The position numbers and the translations under genes were made by a program. A stretch of 64,000 bases of DNA from Gaiellaceae bacterium (GTDB lineage: Bacteria > Actinomycetota > Thermoleophilia > Gaiellales > Gaiellaceae): NCBI GenBank assembly GCA_021323315.1, contig JAJTCQ010000002.1:15691-79690 (forward strand). Reading direction: 5' to 3'. Below the pieces are notes generated by a model. That model was given only the letters and a program-made list of their open reading frames with translations. It was not told where the DNA came from and made no database searches. This document shows, piece by piece, positions 38,222 to 46,664 of this stretch; positions within the stretch are counted from its first letter, which is position 1, and each line of letters begins with the position of its first letter.

Positions 38222-39219
38222 GGCTCGTCTCGCAGGAGGAGGCCCGCCGCATCGCGGTCAACGCGCAGCTCCTGTACGGGTCCGCGGCGACCATCCTCGA
38301 CACCGTGCGTCAGCTCGGTTTCCTGCAGATCGACCCGATCTCGACCGTGGCGCCGCCGCAGCAGCTCGTGCTCTGGAGCCGGCTCGGGCCGTACGACGTC
38401 GCCGAGCTGGATCGCCTCCTCTGGGTCGAGAAGAAGCTCTTCGAGTGGAACGCGTTCATCTGGCCGATCGAGTCCCTACCGCTCCTCGAGGCCCGGATGC
38501 GCCGGCGGCGGACGGGGAAGTACGCGTGGGAGCGCAGGGGCGACGAGTTCCTCCGGGAGAACGTGGCCTTCAAGCGCTTCGTACTGCGTGAGCTCGAGCG
38601 CAGCGGCCCGATGGTCTCGCGCGAGATCGAGGGCGACGCCAGGCGCACGTGGGCCTCGCACGGCTGGTACGGCACTCGCAGCGTCGCGGTCCTGCTCGAG
38701 ATCCTGCACGGTCGGGGCCTGGTTGCCGTCGTGGGTCGCCGCAACGGCCAGCGGCTCTGGGATCTCGCGGAGCGCTGGTACCCAGAGGTCGAGAAGATCC
38801 CTCTCCGCGAGGCCGAGAAGCTCCGGGAGGAGCAGCGCTTCCGGTCGCAGGGCGTGCGACTGACGAAGGCAGGCTGGGAGGCGCATCCGGACGCGAGCGA
38901 CGCGCCCGTCCCTGACCGCGTCACCTTCCTCTCCCCCTTCGACCGGCTCATCCACGATCGCAATCGCACCGAGAAGCTCTTCGACTTCTTCTACCGTCTC
39001 GAGACGTACGTGCCGAAGGCGAAGCGCGAGTACGGCTACTACGTCCTGCCGATCCTGGTCGGCGATCGGATCGTGGGCCGGATCGAGCCGCGGTTCGACC
39101 GCAGGACGAAGACGGTCGAGGTGCTCGGCGCCTGGGGAGACAGCTCGCGGGCGGACGCTGCCCTTGCGAGCCTCGCGACGTGGCTCGGCGCTGAGTCGGT
39201 TTCGGCCGGCCGGAGCTAG
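38218..39219 (+). CDS. YcaQ/AlkZ-family winged-helix DNA glycosylase (paralog 2)
   Basis: ATG 38218 forms an ATGA overlap. Contains a Q-phi-D motif (FLQIDPISTV). C-terminal YGYYVLPILVGDRIVGRIEP parallels FGYYVLPFLWRDRIVGRADL in paralog 1. Confidence 0.8.
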   Translation: MRLVSQEEARRIAVNAQLLYGSAATILDTVRQLGFLQIDPISTVAPPQQLVLWSRLGPYDVAELDRLLWVEKKLFEWNAFIWPIESLPLLEARMRRRRTGKYAWERRGDEFLRENVAFKRFVLRELERSGPMVSREIEGDARRTWASHGWYGTRSVAVLLEILHGRGLVAVVGRRNGQRLWDLAERWYPEVEKIPLREAEKLREEQRFRSQGVRLTKAGWEAHPDASDAPVPDRVTFLSPFDRLIHDRNRTEKLFDFFYRLETYVPKAKREYGYYVLPILVGDRIVGRIEPRFDRRTKTVEVLGAWGDSSRADAALASLATWLGAESVSAGRS

Positions 39220-39665
39220 CCGGCTTCGACCTCGGCCAGGAACTGGCGGAGATAGGCCGAGACGTCCCGTCGCGCCAGCCCGAGCGGGAAGAACGGCCAC
39301 AGCAGCCACCCCCGGCCTCGCAAGTGGCGGATTGCGACGATCTCGACACGGCTCCCGGCATCTGAGGCCCGCGTCGCACGAATCTCCCATGTGCTCCCGG
39401 GCTCGAAGAGATTGGAGTCGACGACGATGCCCTTCACGACGCCTGGCTGCGACCAGTCGTAGCGCAGACGCTCCCAGACGAGCCCGATGGGCCACGGATT
39501 GCCTTCGGTCACGTCGGCCCAGGTCTCGCCCCGGTCGTGAATCGTCAGATGCTCGGTGTACACGTCCCGCCACAGCTCGGCGCGGCGAGCGGAGAAGTCG
39601 CGTGCGGCCTCGAGGACTTGCTCAGGGCGGGCGGTGCTCTTTTCGACCACGTGGACGCGCGGCAC
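39216..39665 (-). CDS. SRPBCC-superfamily (polyketide cyclase/START-like) protein
   Basis: 149 aa with composition and pattern typical of SRPBCC. Convergent with the YcaQ pair. Confidence 0.7.
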   Translation of the reverse strand: MPRVHVVEKSTARPEQVLEAARDFSARRAELWRDVYTEHLTIHDRGETWADVTEGNPWPIGLVWERLRYDWSQPGVVKGIVVDSNLFEPGSTWEIRATRASDAGSRVEIVAIRHLRGRGWLLWPFFPLGLARRDVSAYLRQFLAEVEAG

Positions 39666-39735
39666 AAGTCGATCCTAAGCCGGGATCAGCTGAGCCGCCG
39701 CAAGGACTCACGGTCCCCTGAGTAGCATCCTGGCG

Positions 39736-40866
39736 ATGGAGTTCGAGACGCGGGCGATCCACGACGGCCAGGAGCCCGACCCCGCGTCCGGCGCGATCAC
39801 GACGCCGATCTACCAGACCTCGACCTACGTGCAGGAGGCGGTCGGAGTCCACAAGGGCTACGACTACGCGCGGGTCGCGAATCCGACGCGGACGGCGCTC
39901 CAGGAATGCATCGCCTCGCTCGAAGGGGCCGCGCACGGCCGCGCGTTCTCGTCCGGGCTCGGCGCGGCGACGACGCTCATGCACCTGCTCTCGCCCGGCG
40001 ACCACGTCGTCGCCGTCAACGACGTGTACGGCGGCATCTACCGCATGTTCACGCAGGTGTACGAGCCGAAGGGCTACCGCTTCACGTTCCTCACGGCGGA
40101 GGAGATCTCGAGCGGGCTCGCCGAGCATCTCGACGAGCAAACGAGGCTCGTGTGGCTCGAGACGCCGACGAATCCGGCGCTCAACATCGTCGACATCGCG
40201 GCAGCCGCGGAGGCCGCCCGCGCGGGCGGCGCGCACGTAGTCGTCGACAACACCTTCGCGACCCCGTACCTCCAGCAGCCGCTCGCCCTCGGCGCGGACG
40301 TCGTCCTGCACTCGACCACGAAGTACCTCGGCGGGCATTCGGACGTAATCGGCGGCTTCCTCGCGACGAACGACGACGCGCTGGCCGAGCGGCTCGCGTT
40401 CCTGCAGAAGTCGCTCGGCGCCGTGCCCGGCCCGTTCGACGCGTGGCTCGTCCTGCGCGGGGTCAAGACGCTCGCGGTGCGGATGGATCGCCACTGCCGG
40501 AACGCGGAAGCGGTGGCGGTGTTCCTCGAGCGACACAGGAGAGTCGAGCGCGTCCTGTACCCGGGCCTGCCGTCGCATCCCGGCCACACGCTCGCCGCGC
40601 GCCAGATGCGGAACTTCGGCGGGATGGTCTCGTTCCTGCTGGACGACGAGCAGGAGGCGGTCGATCTCGTCGCGCGTACGAAGATCTGGAAGCTCGCGGA
40701 GAGCCTGGGCGGCGTCGAGAGCCTCATCGAGCACCCCGCCCGCATGACGCACGCGTCGACTGCGGATGCGCCGTTCGCCGTGCCGCCGACGCTGATCCGG
40801 CTCTCGGTCGGCATCGAGTCGGCCGATGACCTGATCGAGGACCTCGAGATCGCGCTCGCCGGTTGA
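39736..40866 (+). CDS. cystathionine gamma-synthase/gamma-lyase family PLP enzyme
   Basis: 376 aa. PLP-lysine motif HSTTKYLGGHSD. Confidence 0.9.
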   Translation: MEFETRAIHDGQEPDPASGAITTPIYQTSTYVQEAVGVHKGYDYARVANPTRTALQECIASLEGAAHGRAFSSGLGAATTLMHLLSPGDHVVAVNDVYGGIYRMFTQVYEPKGYRFTFLTAEEISSGLAEHLDEQTRLVWLETPTNPALNIVDIAAAAEAARAGGAHVVVDNTFATPYLQQPLALGADVVLHSTTKYLGGHSDVIGGFLATNDDALAERLAFLQKSLGAVPGPFDAWLVLRGVKTLAVRMDRHCRNAEAVAVFLERHRRVERVLYPGLPSHPGHTLAARQMRNFGGMVSFLLDDEQEAVDLVARTKIWKLAESLGGVESLIEHPARMTHASTADAPFAVPPTLIRLSVGIESADDLIEDLEIALAG

Positions 40867-41735
40867 TGCTCGAGCCGATCGACCTCCATCACCAGGCGCC
40901 GGGGATCGTCGGCTGCTATCTCCTCGAGACGGAGGACGGCCCGGCGCTGTTCGACTGCGGCCCGACCTCGACGATTCCTCATCTGAAAGCGGGGCTCGCC
41001 AACCGCGGCCTCGATCTCACGGACGTGCGCCATCTGCTCCTCTCGCACATCCATCTCGACCATGCGGGAGCGGCGGGCGTTCTGGTCCGTCAGAACCCCT
41101 GGCTCCAGGTGCACGTGTCCGACGTCGGAGCGCCGCATCTGGTCGATCCGTCCAAGCTGGACACGAGCGCGCGCAGGCTCTACGGCGATGCGTTCGACGA
41201 ACTGTGGGGCGAGCTCGCCCCGGTTCCGTCCGAGAACGTTCACATCGCCGGCGAGCGAGTCGTCGGCCTCGCCTGCTTTCCCACGCCGGGACATGCCTCG
41301 CACCACGTGTCGTACCTCGACTCCGACGGCACGCTCTACGCGGGCGACGCGGCCGGAGTACGTCTCGACGGCGCGAGCTTCGTGATGCCGCCGTGCCCGC
41401 CGCCCGAATTCGACCTGGAGGCGTGGGAGAGCTCCCTGGTCGAGATCGAGCGGCGTGCTCCTTCCCGCCTCGCGCTCATCCACTTCGGCGCGGTCGACGA
41501 CGTGCAGGAGCACCTCGCCTGGCTGCGGGCAACGCTCGCGAGCTGGGGAGGCCGCGTCGAGGACGGGATGGACGAGCAGACCTTCATCGCCGCCGCGCGT
41601 TTCGACGTCGAGCAGGTCGACCCAGCGCTCGTGGACGAGTATCAGCGCGCAGGGCCGTACTGGCACCACTTCCGCGGCATCGAGCGCTACTGGCGCAAGC
41701 GCCGCGAGGCCGTGGGACAGGCGCTCGAGCGCTAG
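40863..41735 (+). CDS. MBL-fold metallo-hydrolase
   Basis: Motif LLSHIHLDHAGAAG (HxHxDH). Overlaps the previous stop. Confidence 0.8.
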   Translation: MMLEPIDLHHQAPGIVGCYLLETEDGPALFDCGPTSTIPHLKAGLANRGLDLTDVRHLLLSHIHLDHAGAAGVLVRQNPWLQVHVSDVGAPHLVDPSKLDTSARRLYGDAFDELWGELAPVPSENVHIAGERVVGLACFPTPGHASHHVSYLDSDGTLYAGDAAGVRLDGASFVMPPCPPPEFDLEAWESSLVEIERRAPSRLALIHFGAVDDVQEHLAWLRATLASWGGRVEDGMDEQTFIAAARFDVEQVDPALVDEYQRAGPYWHHFRGIERYWRKRREAVGQALER

Positions 41736-41872
41736 ACCGGTTCGTCCGGATCCGGTGGCTCGGGCTCCGGACGTGGCATCGGGTCTCCGGGGTCCGGCAT
41801 GGGGTTCGGCGGCACCGGGATCGGATCCGGGTTCGGGCTCGGCGGAGCGGGATCGATGCGAATAGGAGTCAT
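41732..41872 (-). CDS. 46-aa proline/acidic-rich micro-ORF (hypothetical)
   Basis: ATG 41872 lies 8 nt after GGGGAGAAG and 14 nt downstream of the PolX stop. Product: MTPIRIDPAPPSPNPDPIPVPPNPMPDPGDPMPRPEPEPPDPDEPV. Third-position GC bias is coding-like. Confidence 0.3.
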   Translation of the reverse strand: MTPIRIDPAPPSPNPDPIPVPPNPMPDPGDPMPRPEPEPPDPDEPV

Positions 41873-41886
41873 AAAGCGCTTCTCCC

Positions 41887-43515
41887 CTACGGGCGAGGAC
41901 GTGAAACCACCTCCTCGAGCGCTCGGCAGTTCACCACTGCGGACGTCTCGGCGCCGCCCTTGCGCGCCGTCGCGACGGCCAGCTCGACGTTTTCGAGCCC
42001 GCGCTCCGAGTGCGCGTCGGAGTTGAGGACCAGCTGGACGCCCGTTGCAAGCGCCTCGCGAACGTGCGCTGCCGAGAGATCGAGCCGGTCCGGAAGCCCG
42101 TTCACCTCGAGCGCGACCCCGGTCTCCAGTGCGACCGCAAACACCTCGTCCAGGTCGAGCGCGTTCTCGGGCCGGTGATTGAGGATCCGCCCCGTCGGAT
42201 GGCTGAGCGCGCGGACGGCGGGGTGTCGCATCGCCTCGGTGACCATCCGCGTGAGCTCGCGCCGGCCACGACGCTGGCCCGCGTGCAAGCTCAGCTGCAC
42301 CCACTCGAGCGACTCCAGCACGCCGTCGTCCACGTCGAGCGCACCGTCGGCGCGAATGTCGCACTCGACGCCCCGCAGCACATGGAACGGAGCGACGAGC
42401 TCGTTCACGTGCGCGATCTCCTCCGCCTGGCGAAGGAGCTGCTCCGTGTCGAGGCCGGGAACGACCTGCACGTTCGGGCTGTGGTCGCAGATGGCGAGAT
42501 ATTCGTACCCGCGGCGCTGCGCCGCCAACGCCATCCCGTGGACGGTGGCCCTTCCGTCCGACCACGTCGTATGGCAGTGGAGGTCGCCGCGAACCTGTGC
42601 AAGCTCGACGAGGTCGGGCGGAGCCACGGCGCCGGGCAGCTCCCGAAGCTCCGGTGGGCAGAAGGGCAAGCCGAGACGGTCGAACAGGTCTTTCTCGGTG
42701 GCCGCCTCGGGTAACGCCCCGAGTGCCGCGACGTAGTCCGCCGACCCGGTCGCGCGCACGACCTCCGTGCCGTGCGCAGCCCGAGTCGCGACGATGAGCG
42801 TGACGGGAACCCCGTCCACGGTCAGGCCGACGACTCTCCTCTCGTCGCGTTCGAGCACGACGACGATCTGGGCGAGCTCCGCGAACCGGTCGGCGATGCC
42901 TCCCGGATCGTCCGAAGCGACGACGACGGCGAGCTCGTGCGACAGCTCGGCGAAGCGACGGGCAGGCCCCGCGACCTCGCCGCCGAGGGCGTCCGCGATC
43001 TCGCGTGAGAGCACTCGGCTGCGGTTGACCGTCAGCCCACGCGGAGCGGCAGGGTCTCGATCGAGGTTCGCCACGATCTTCGCCTCGGTGGCCGGCCCGA
43101 CTCCGGGAACCTCTCGCAGGCGTCCCTCGCGGGCTGCCGTGACGAAAGCATCTACGGAGCTCACGTTCAGGTGACGCACGATCGCGAGCATCCGCGAGGG
43201 CGTGAGCCCGAGAATCCGCCCGTACGCGATCAGTGCCGGCTCGAGCTCCGCCTCGAGCGCACGCAGCTCCGCGATCTCGCCCGTCTCGACCAGCTCGCGG
43301 AGCTTCGACTCGATCCCGGAGCCGATCCCACGCAGCTCACGGACGCGGCCGGATCGCACCAGCTCCGCGACCGACGCTGGCGACGCGCGAACGACCTCGG
43401 CCGCGCGCGTGTACGCGCGCACCGCGAACGGCGAAGTCCCGGCCAGCTCGAGCAGGGCTGCGAAGAGCATGAGCCGATCGGCTATCTCTGCGTTCGTCGG
43501 TTTCCGCTCAACCAT
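41887..43515 (-). CDS. PolX-family protein with C-terminal PHP phosphoesterase domain (polymerase motif degenerate)
   Basis: ATG 43515. N-terminal HhH modules. Nucleotidyltransferase region reads VAGPARRFAELSHELAVVVAS. PHP motifs GDLHCHTTWSDG and ICDHSPN are intact. Confidence 0.85.
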   Translation of the reverse strand: MVERKPTNAEIADRLMLFAALLELAGTSPFAVRAYTRAAEVVRASPASVAELVRSGRVRELRGIGSGIESKLRELVETGEIAELRALEAELEPALIAYGRILGLTPSRMLAIVRHLNVSSVDAFVTAAREGRLREVPGVGPATEAKIVANLDRDPAAPRGLTVNRSRVLSREIADALGGEVAGPARRFAELSHELAVVVASDDPGGIADRFAELAQIVVVLERDERRVVGLTVDGVPVTLIVATRAAHGTEVVRATGSADYVAALGALPEAATEKDLFDRLGLPFCPPELRELPGAVAPPDLVELAQVRGDLHCHTTWSDGRATVHGMALAAQRRGYEYLAICDHSPNVQVVPGLDTEQLLRQAEEIAHVNELVAPFHVLRGVECDIRADGALDVDDGVLESLEWVQLSLHAGQRRGRRELTRMVTEAMRHPAVRALSHPTGRILNHRPENALDLDEVFAVALETGVALEVNGLPDRLDLSAAHVREALATGVQLVLNSDAHSERGLENVELAVATARKGGAETSAVVNCRALEEVVSRPRP

Positions 43516-43544
43516 CAGCCCTACACACTCGCCGTTTGGCGGGA

Positions 43545-43558
43545 ACCCGGTACCGGGT
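43545..43558. promoter_or_regulatory. perfect 14-bp palindrome in the PolX/Ku divergent intergenic region
   Basis: ACCCGGTACCGGGT, 12 nt upstream of the ku ATG within a 54-nt intergenic region. Confidence 0.35.
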
Positions 43559-43569
43559 AATCCTCGTCC

Positions 43570-44424
43570 ATGCCACGTGCCATCTGGTCGGGAAGCATCG
43601 CGTTCGGGCTCGTCAACGCGCCGGTGAAGATGTACACCGCGATCGACGAGCACAATCTCGAGCTCCATCTCGTCCACGAGAAGGACGGTTCGCCGATCGG
43701 GTACGAGAAGGTCTGCAAGAAGGAGGACAAGCCGGTTCCGACCGACGAGATCGTGAAGGCGTACGAGGTCTCGGAGGACGAGTACGTGTATCTGACGGAC
43801 GAGGACTTCAAGGCAGCCGAGGAGGAGTCGTACCGGACCATCGAGATCCTCGCCTTCGTTCCGCGCGAGGAGATCGATCCGATCGTGTTCAAGCGGACGT
43901 ACTACCTCGGACCCGCGGACGGTGCCGAGAAGGTCTACGCGCTCCTCGTCAAGGCCATGGAGAGCTCGGAGCTCTCGGCGGTGGCGCGCTACGTCTTCCA
44001 TGACCGTCAGCAGCTCGGCACGCTCCGCATCCGCGACGGGGTGATCACGCTCGAGAACATGTACTTCGCCGACGAGATCCGGCCGACGAAGGGCATCGCG
44101 CCTTCGAGAAAGCCGCGCGTCGACAAGCAGGAGCTGGAGATGGCCGAGACGCTCATCGAGCGCTTCACGTCCTCGTTCCACCACGACCAGTACGAGGACG
44201 AGTACCGGAAGCGACTGCTGAAGATCGTGAAGCGGAAGCAGAAGGGCGAGGAGATCCACGCCGAGGCGGCCGTGGAGGAGCGCGAGGAGCCGACCGACAT
44301 TCTCGAAGCACTGCGCGCGAGCGTCGAGGCGGCGCAGAGCGGCGGCTCGCGCAACGGCGGCAAGAACGGGCGGCGCAGGAAGACGTCACGCAAGCGCCGG
44401 ACTGTCGCCAAGAGCAAGAGCTGA
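43570..44424 (+). CDS. ku: Ku protein (bacterial NHEJ DNA-end-binding protein)
   Basis: Starts MPRAIWSGSIAFGLVNAPVKMYTA, the canonical bacterial Ku N-terminus. Basic C-terminal tail. Confidence 0.95.
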   Translation: MPRAIWSGSIAFGLVNAPVKMYTAIDEHNLELHLVHEKDGSPIGYEKVCKKEDKPVPTDEIVKAYEVSEDEYVYLTDEDFKAAEEESYRTIEILAFVPREEIDPIVFKRTYYLGPADGAEKVYALLVKAMESSELSAVARYVFHDRQQLGTLRIRDGVITLENMYFADEIRPTKGIAPSRKPRVDKQELEMAETLIERFTSSFHHDQYEDEYRKRLLKIVKRKQKGEEIHAEAAVEEREEPTDILEALRASVEAAQSGGSRNGGKNGRRRKTSRKRRTVAKSKS

Positions 44425-44436
44425 CCGCGCTCCGAG

Positions 44437-44991
44437 ATGCGTGACTGCCTGCTCGCCGTCGACCTTTTCTCCGACTTCGCACACGAGGACGGCGATCGGC
44501 TGCTCGAGTCGCTGCGCGAGCGCGCGTCGGGGCTCACGCAGGCAGTCGAGCTCGCACGCGAGCGGTCGCTGCCGCTCATCTATGCGAACGACAGCTTCGG
44601 CGTCTGGAACGGTGACTCCAGGGCTCTGGTGCAGCGGGCGCTGGTCGGCCCGGCAGGCGACGTGCTCGCCGAGGTTGCGCCGCGAGACGACGACACGTTC
44701 ATCGTGAAGCCGCGTTACTCCGCGTTCGATCTCACGCCACTCGAGCTGGTGCTCTCGGACCTCGGGGGCGAGCGCATCCTGCTTCTCGGGATGGCAACGG
44801 AGAGGTGCGTGGCGCAGACGGCGATCGACGCACGAGAGCGCGGTTACAAGGTGACGGTCATCACCGACGCCTGCGCGTCGGTGGATCCCGAGCTGGAGCG
44901 AACGGCGCTTCGCTACCTCGCGGACGTGACTGGCACATGGCTCGCCGCGTCGCTCGAGGAAGCGCTGAAGATCCCGGTGCCTGCGGCCTGA
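44437..44991 (+). CDS. isochorismatase-family cysteine hydrolase
   Basis: 184 aa. Motifs LLAVDLFSDF and GMATERCVAQTA (nucleophile Cys). Confidence 0.85.
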   Translation: MRDCLLAVDLFSDFAHEDGDRLLESLRERASGLTQAVELARERSLPLIYANDSFGVWNGDSRALVQRALVGPAGDVLAEVAPRDDDTFIVKPRYSAFDLTPLELVLSDLGGERILLLGMATERCVAQTAIDARERGYKVTVITDACASVDPELERTALRYLADVTGTWLAASLEEALKIPVPAA

Positions 44992-44997
44992 CCGGGC

Positions 44998-45348
44998 TCA
45001 GGCCGCGTGCGCCTCAAGATCGGCCAGCGAGACGAACTCGAGCGCCGACGCGTGCGTCGCCTCGAGGACGACGGGCGGAGCAAACCCTGCCTCCAGCGCC
45101 TCCTGCCAGCGCGCGGCAACGACACACCAGCGGTCTCCGGGCCGCAGGCCCGGGAACATCCACTGCGGCTGCGGGGTGACGAGGTCGTTGCCGGCGTCGA
45201 CCGAGAAGGACAGGAACTCCTCGGTCATGACCGCGCAGACGGCGTGGAATCCGGGATCGCGGCCCTCGGTCCGGCAGTACCCGTCCCGGAAGAACCCTGT
45301 GAGCGGGTCGATCGAGCACGTCTCGAGCTCGCCACCGAGGACGTTCAC
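44998..45348 (-). CDS. DUF2237-family protein
   Basis: GTG 45348. Product: VNVLGGELETCSIDPLTGFFRDGYCRT...HAVCAVMTEEFL. Confidence 0.8.
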   Translation of the reverse strand: MNVLGGELETCSIDPLTGFFRDGYCRTEGRDPGFHAVCAVMTEEFLSFSVDAGNDLVTPQPQWMFPGLRPGDRWCVVAARWQEALEAGFAPPVVLEATHASALEFVSLADLEAHAA

Positions 45349-45359
45349 GACCCGAGAGA

Positions 45360-46664
45360 CTACGCCCAGCCGGTGACGAGCCAGCGACCACGCCGGAACC
45401 GCGTCGCCATCAGCGCCAGGCGGACGACGATCAGGATGACGAGGGCCGACCAGACACCGCGAATTCCCCAGTCGGCTCGGAGCGAGGCGAGCAGAATCGC
45501 CGCGCACGCGAGGAACGCCACGACCATCGAGAGCGCGAGAAACGGCCCGTCGCTCGCGCCGATGAGGATCCCGTCGAGCGCGAAGACCGCTCCGGCCAAG
45601 GGTTGCATCAGCGCGAAGAGCGGCCAGAGCAGAGCTGTCTCGTCGAGGACCGCGCCATCGCCGGTGAAGATTCGCGGCAGGAGGTCCGCGAGCGCGAGCA
45701 TCGCCAGCGCGAACGCGGCACCGGCGGCGACGGAGAGCCAGATCATTCGCTCTCCGGCCTCGTAGGCGCGTTCCGTCCTCCCAGAGCCGAGCTCCCGCCC
45801 GACGATGATCTGCCCCGCGATCGCAATCGAGTCCAGGACGAGCGCCAGGAAGAGGAAGAGCTGAAACGCAATCTGGTGCGCCGCGATCGCGTCGTCACCC
45901 GATCGTGTCGCGACTGCGCCTGCGAGGGCGAAGGCGCCGGTCAGAGCCGCCGTCCGGATGAAGATCCACTTCCCGAGCGACAACACGCGACGCGCGATCG
46001 CCGGCCGCGGGAGCGCGTCATCTCCGCGCAGGCCGTGCAGGATGACGACGACGAACGCGGTGCCCATGCCGAGCTGCGCAATCGCCGTGCCGGCAGCCGA
46101 GCCTGCGATTCCCCAGTCGAAGCCGTAGACGAAGAGCACCTCGAGAATCACGTTCGCGACGTTCGCCACGATGACGATGACGAGCGGTGTCCGGAGGTCT
46201 GCAATTCCGCGCAGGTAGCCCTGACCGCCGAGCGCAACGAAGGCGGCCGGGAAGCCGATTGCCGCGATCCGCAGATAGGTCACTGCGTCCTCCGCGGCTT
46301 CACCTTCGCCGCCGACGAGCGACACGAGCTGGGGAGCGAACACGGCGATGAGCGCGGACACGACCACGCCGAACCCGAGCGAGAGCCAGAGCGCCTGCGC
46401 ACCCAGCCTGCGAGCCGTCTGGGATTCGCCGGCGCCTCCTGCGCGTGCGACCTGGGCAGTCGTTCCGTACTGCAGGAAGTTGAAGACGACGAACGCGCTT
46501 CCGAGGATCACGGACGCGATCCCGAGAGCCGCCAGCTGCGCCCGCCCGAGGTGCCCGACGATCGCGGTGTCGACGAGGAGGTAGAGCGGCTCCGCCGCAA
46601 GCGCGCCCAGCGCCGGGAGCGCGAGCCGGAAGATCTCGCCGTCGTACGGTGAGCGGACCCTCAC
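45360..46664 (-). CDS. MATE-family efflux transporter (DinF-like)
   Basis: 434 aa, 12 TM helices. N-terminal IFRLALPALGALAAEPLYLLVDTAIVGHLG. Confidence 0.9.
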   Translation of the reverse strand: MRVRSPYDGEIFRLALPALGALAAEPLYLLVDTAIVGHLGRAQLAALGIASVILGSAFVVFNFLQYGTTAQVARAGGAGESQTARRLGAQALWLSLGFGVVVSALIAVFAPQLVSLVGGEGEAAEDAVTYLRIAAIGFPAAFVALGGQGYLRGIADLRTPLVIVIVANVANVILEVLFVYGFDWGIAGSAAGTAIAQLGMGTAFVVVILHGLRGDDALPRPAIARRVLSLGKWIFIRTAALTGAFALAGAVATRSGDDAIAAHQIAFQLFLFLALVLDSIAIAGQIIVGRELGSGRTERAYEAGERMIWLSVAAGAAFALAMLALADLLPRIFTGDGAVLDETALLWPLFALMQPLAGAVFALDGILIGASDGPFLALSMVVAFLACAAILLASLRADWGIRGVWSALVILIVVRLALMATRFRRGRWLVTGWA

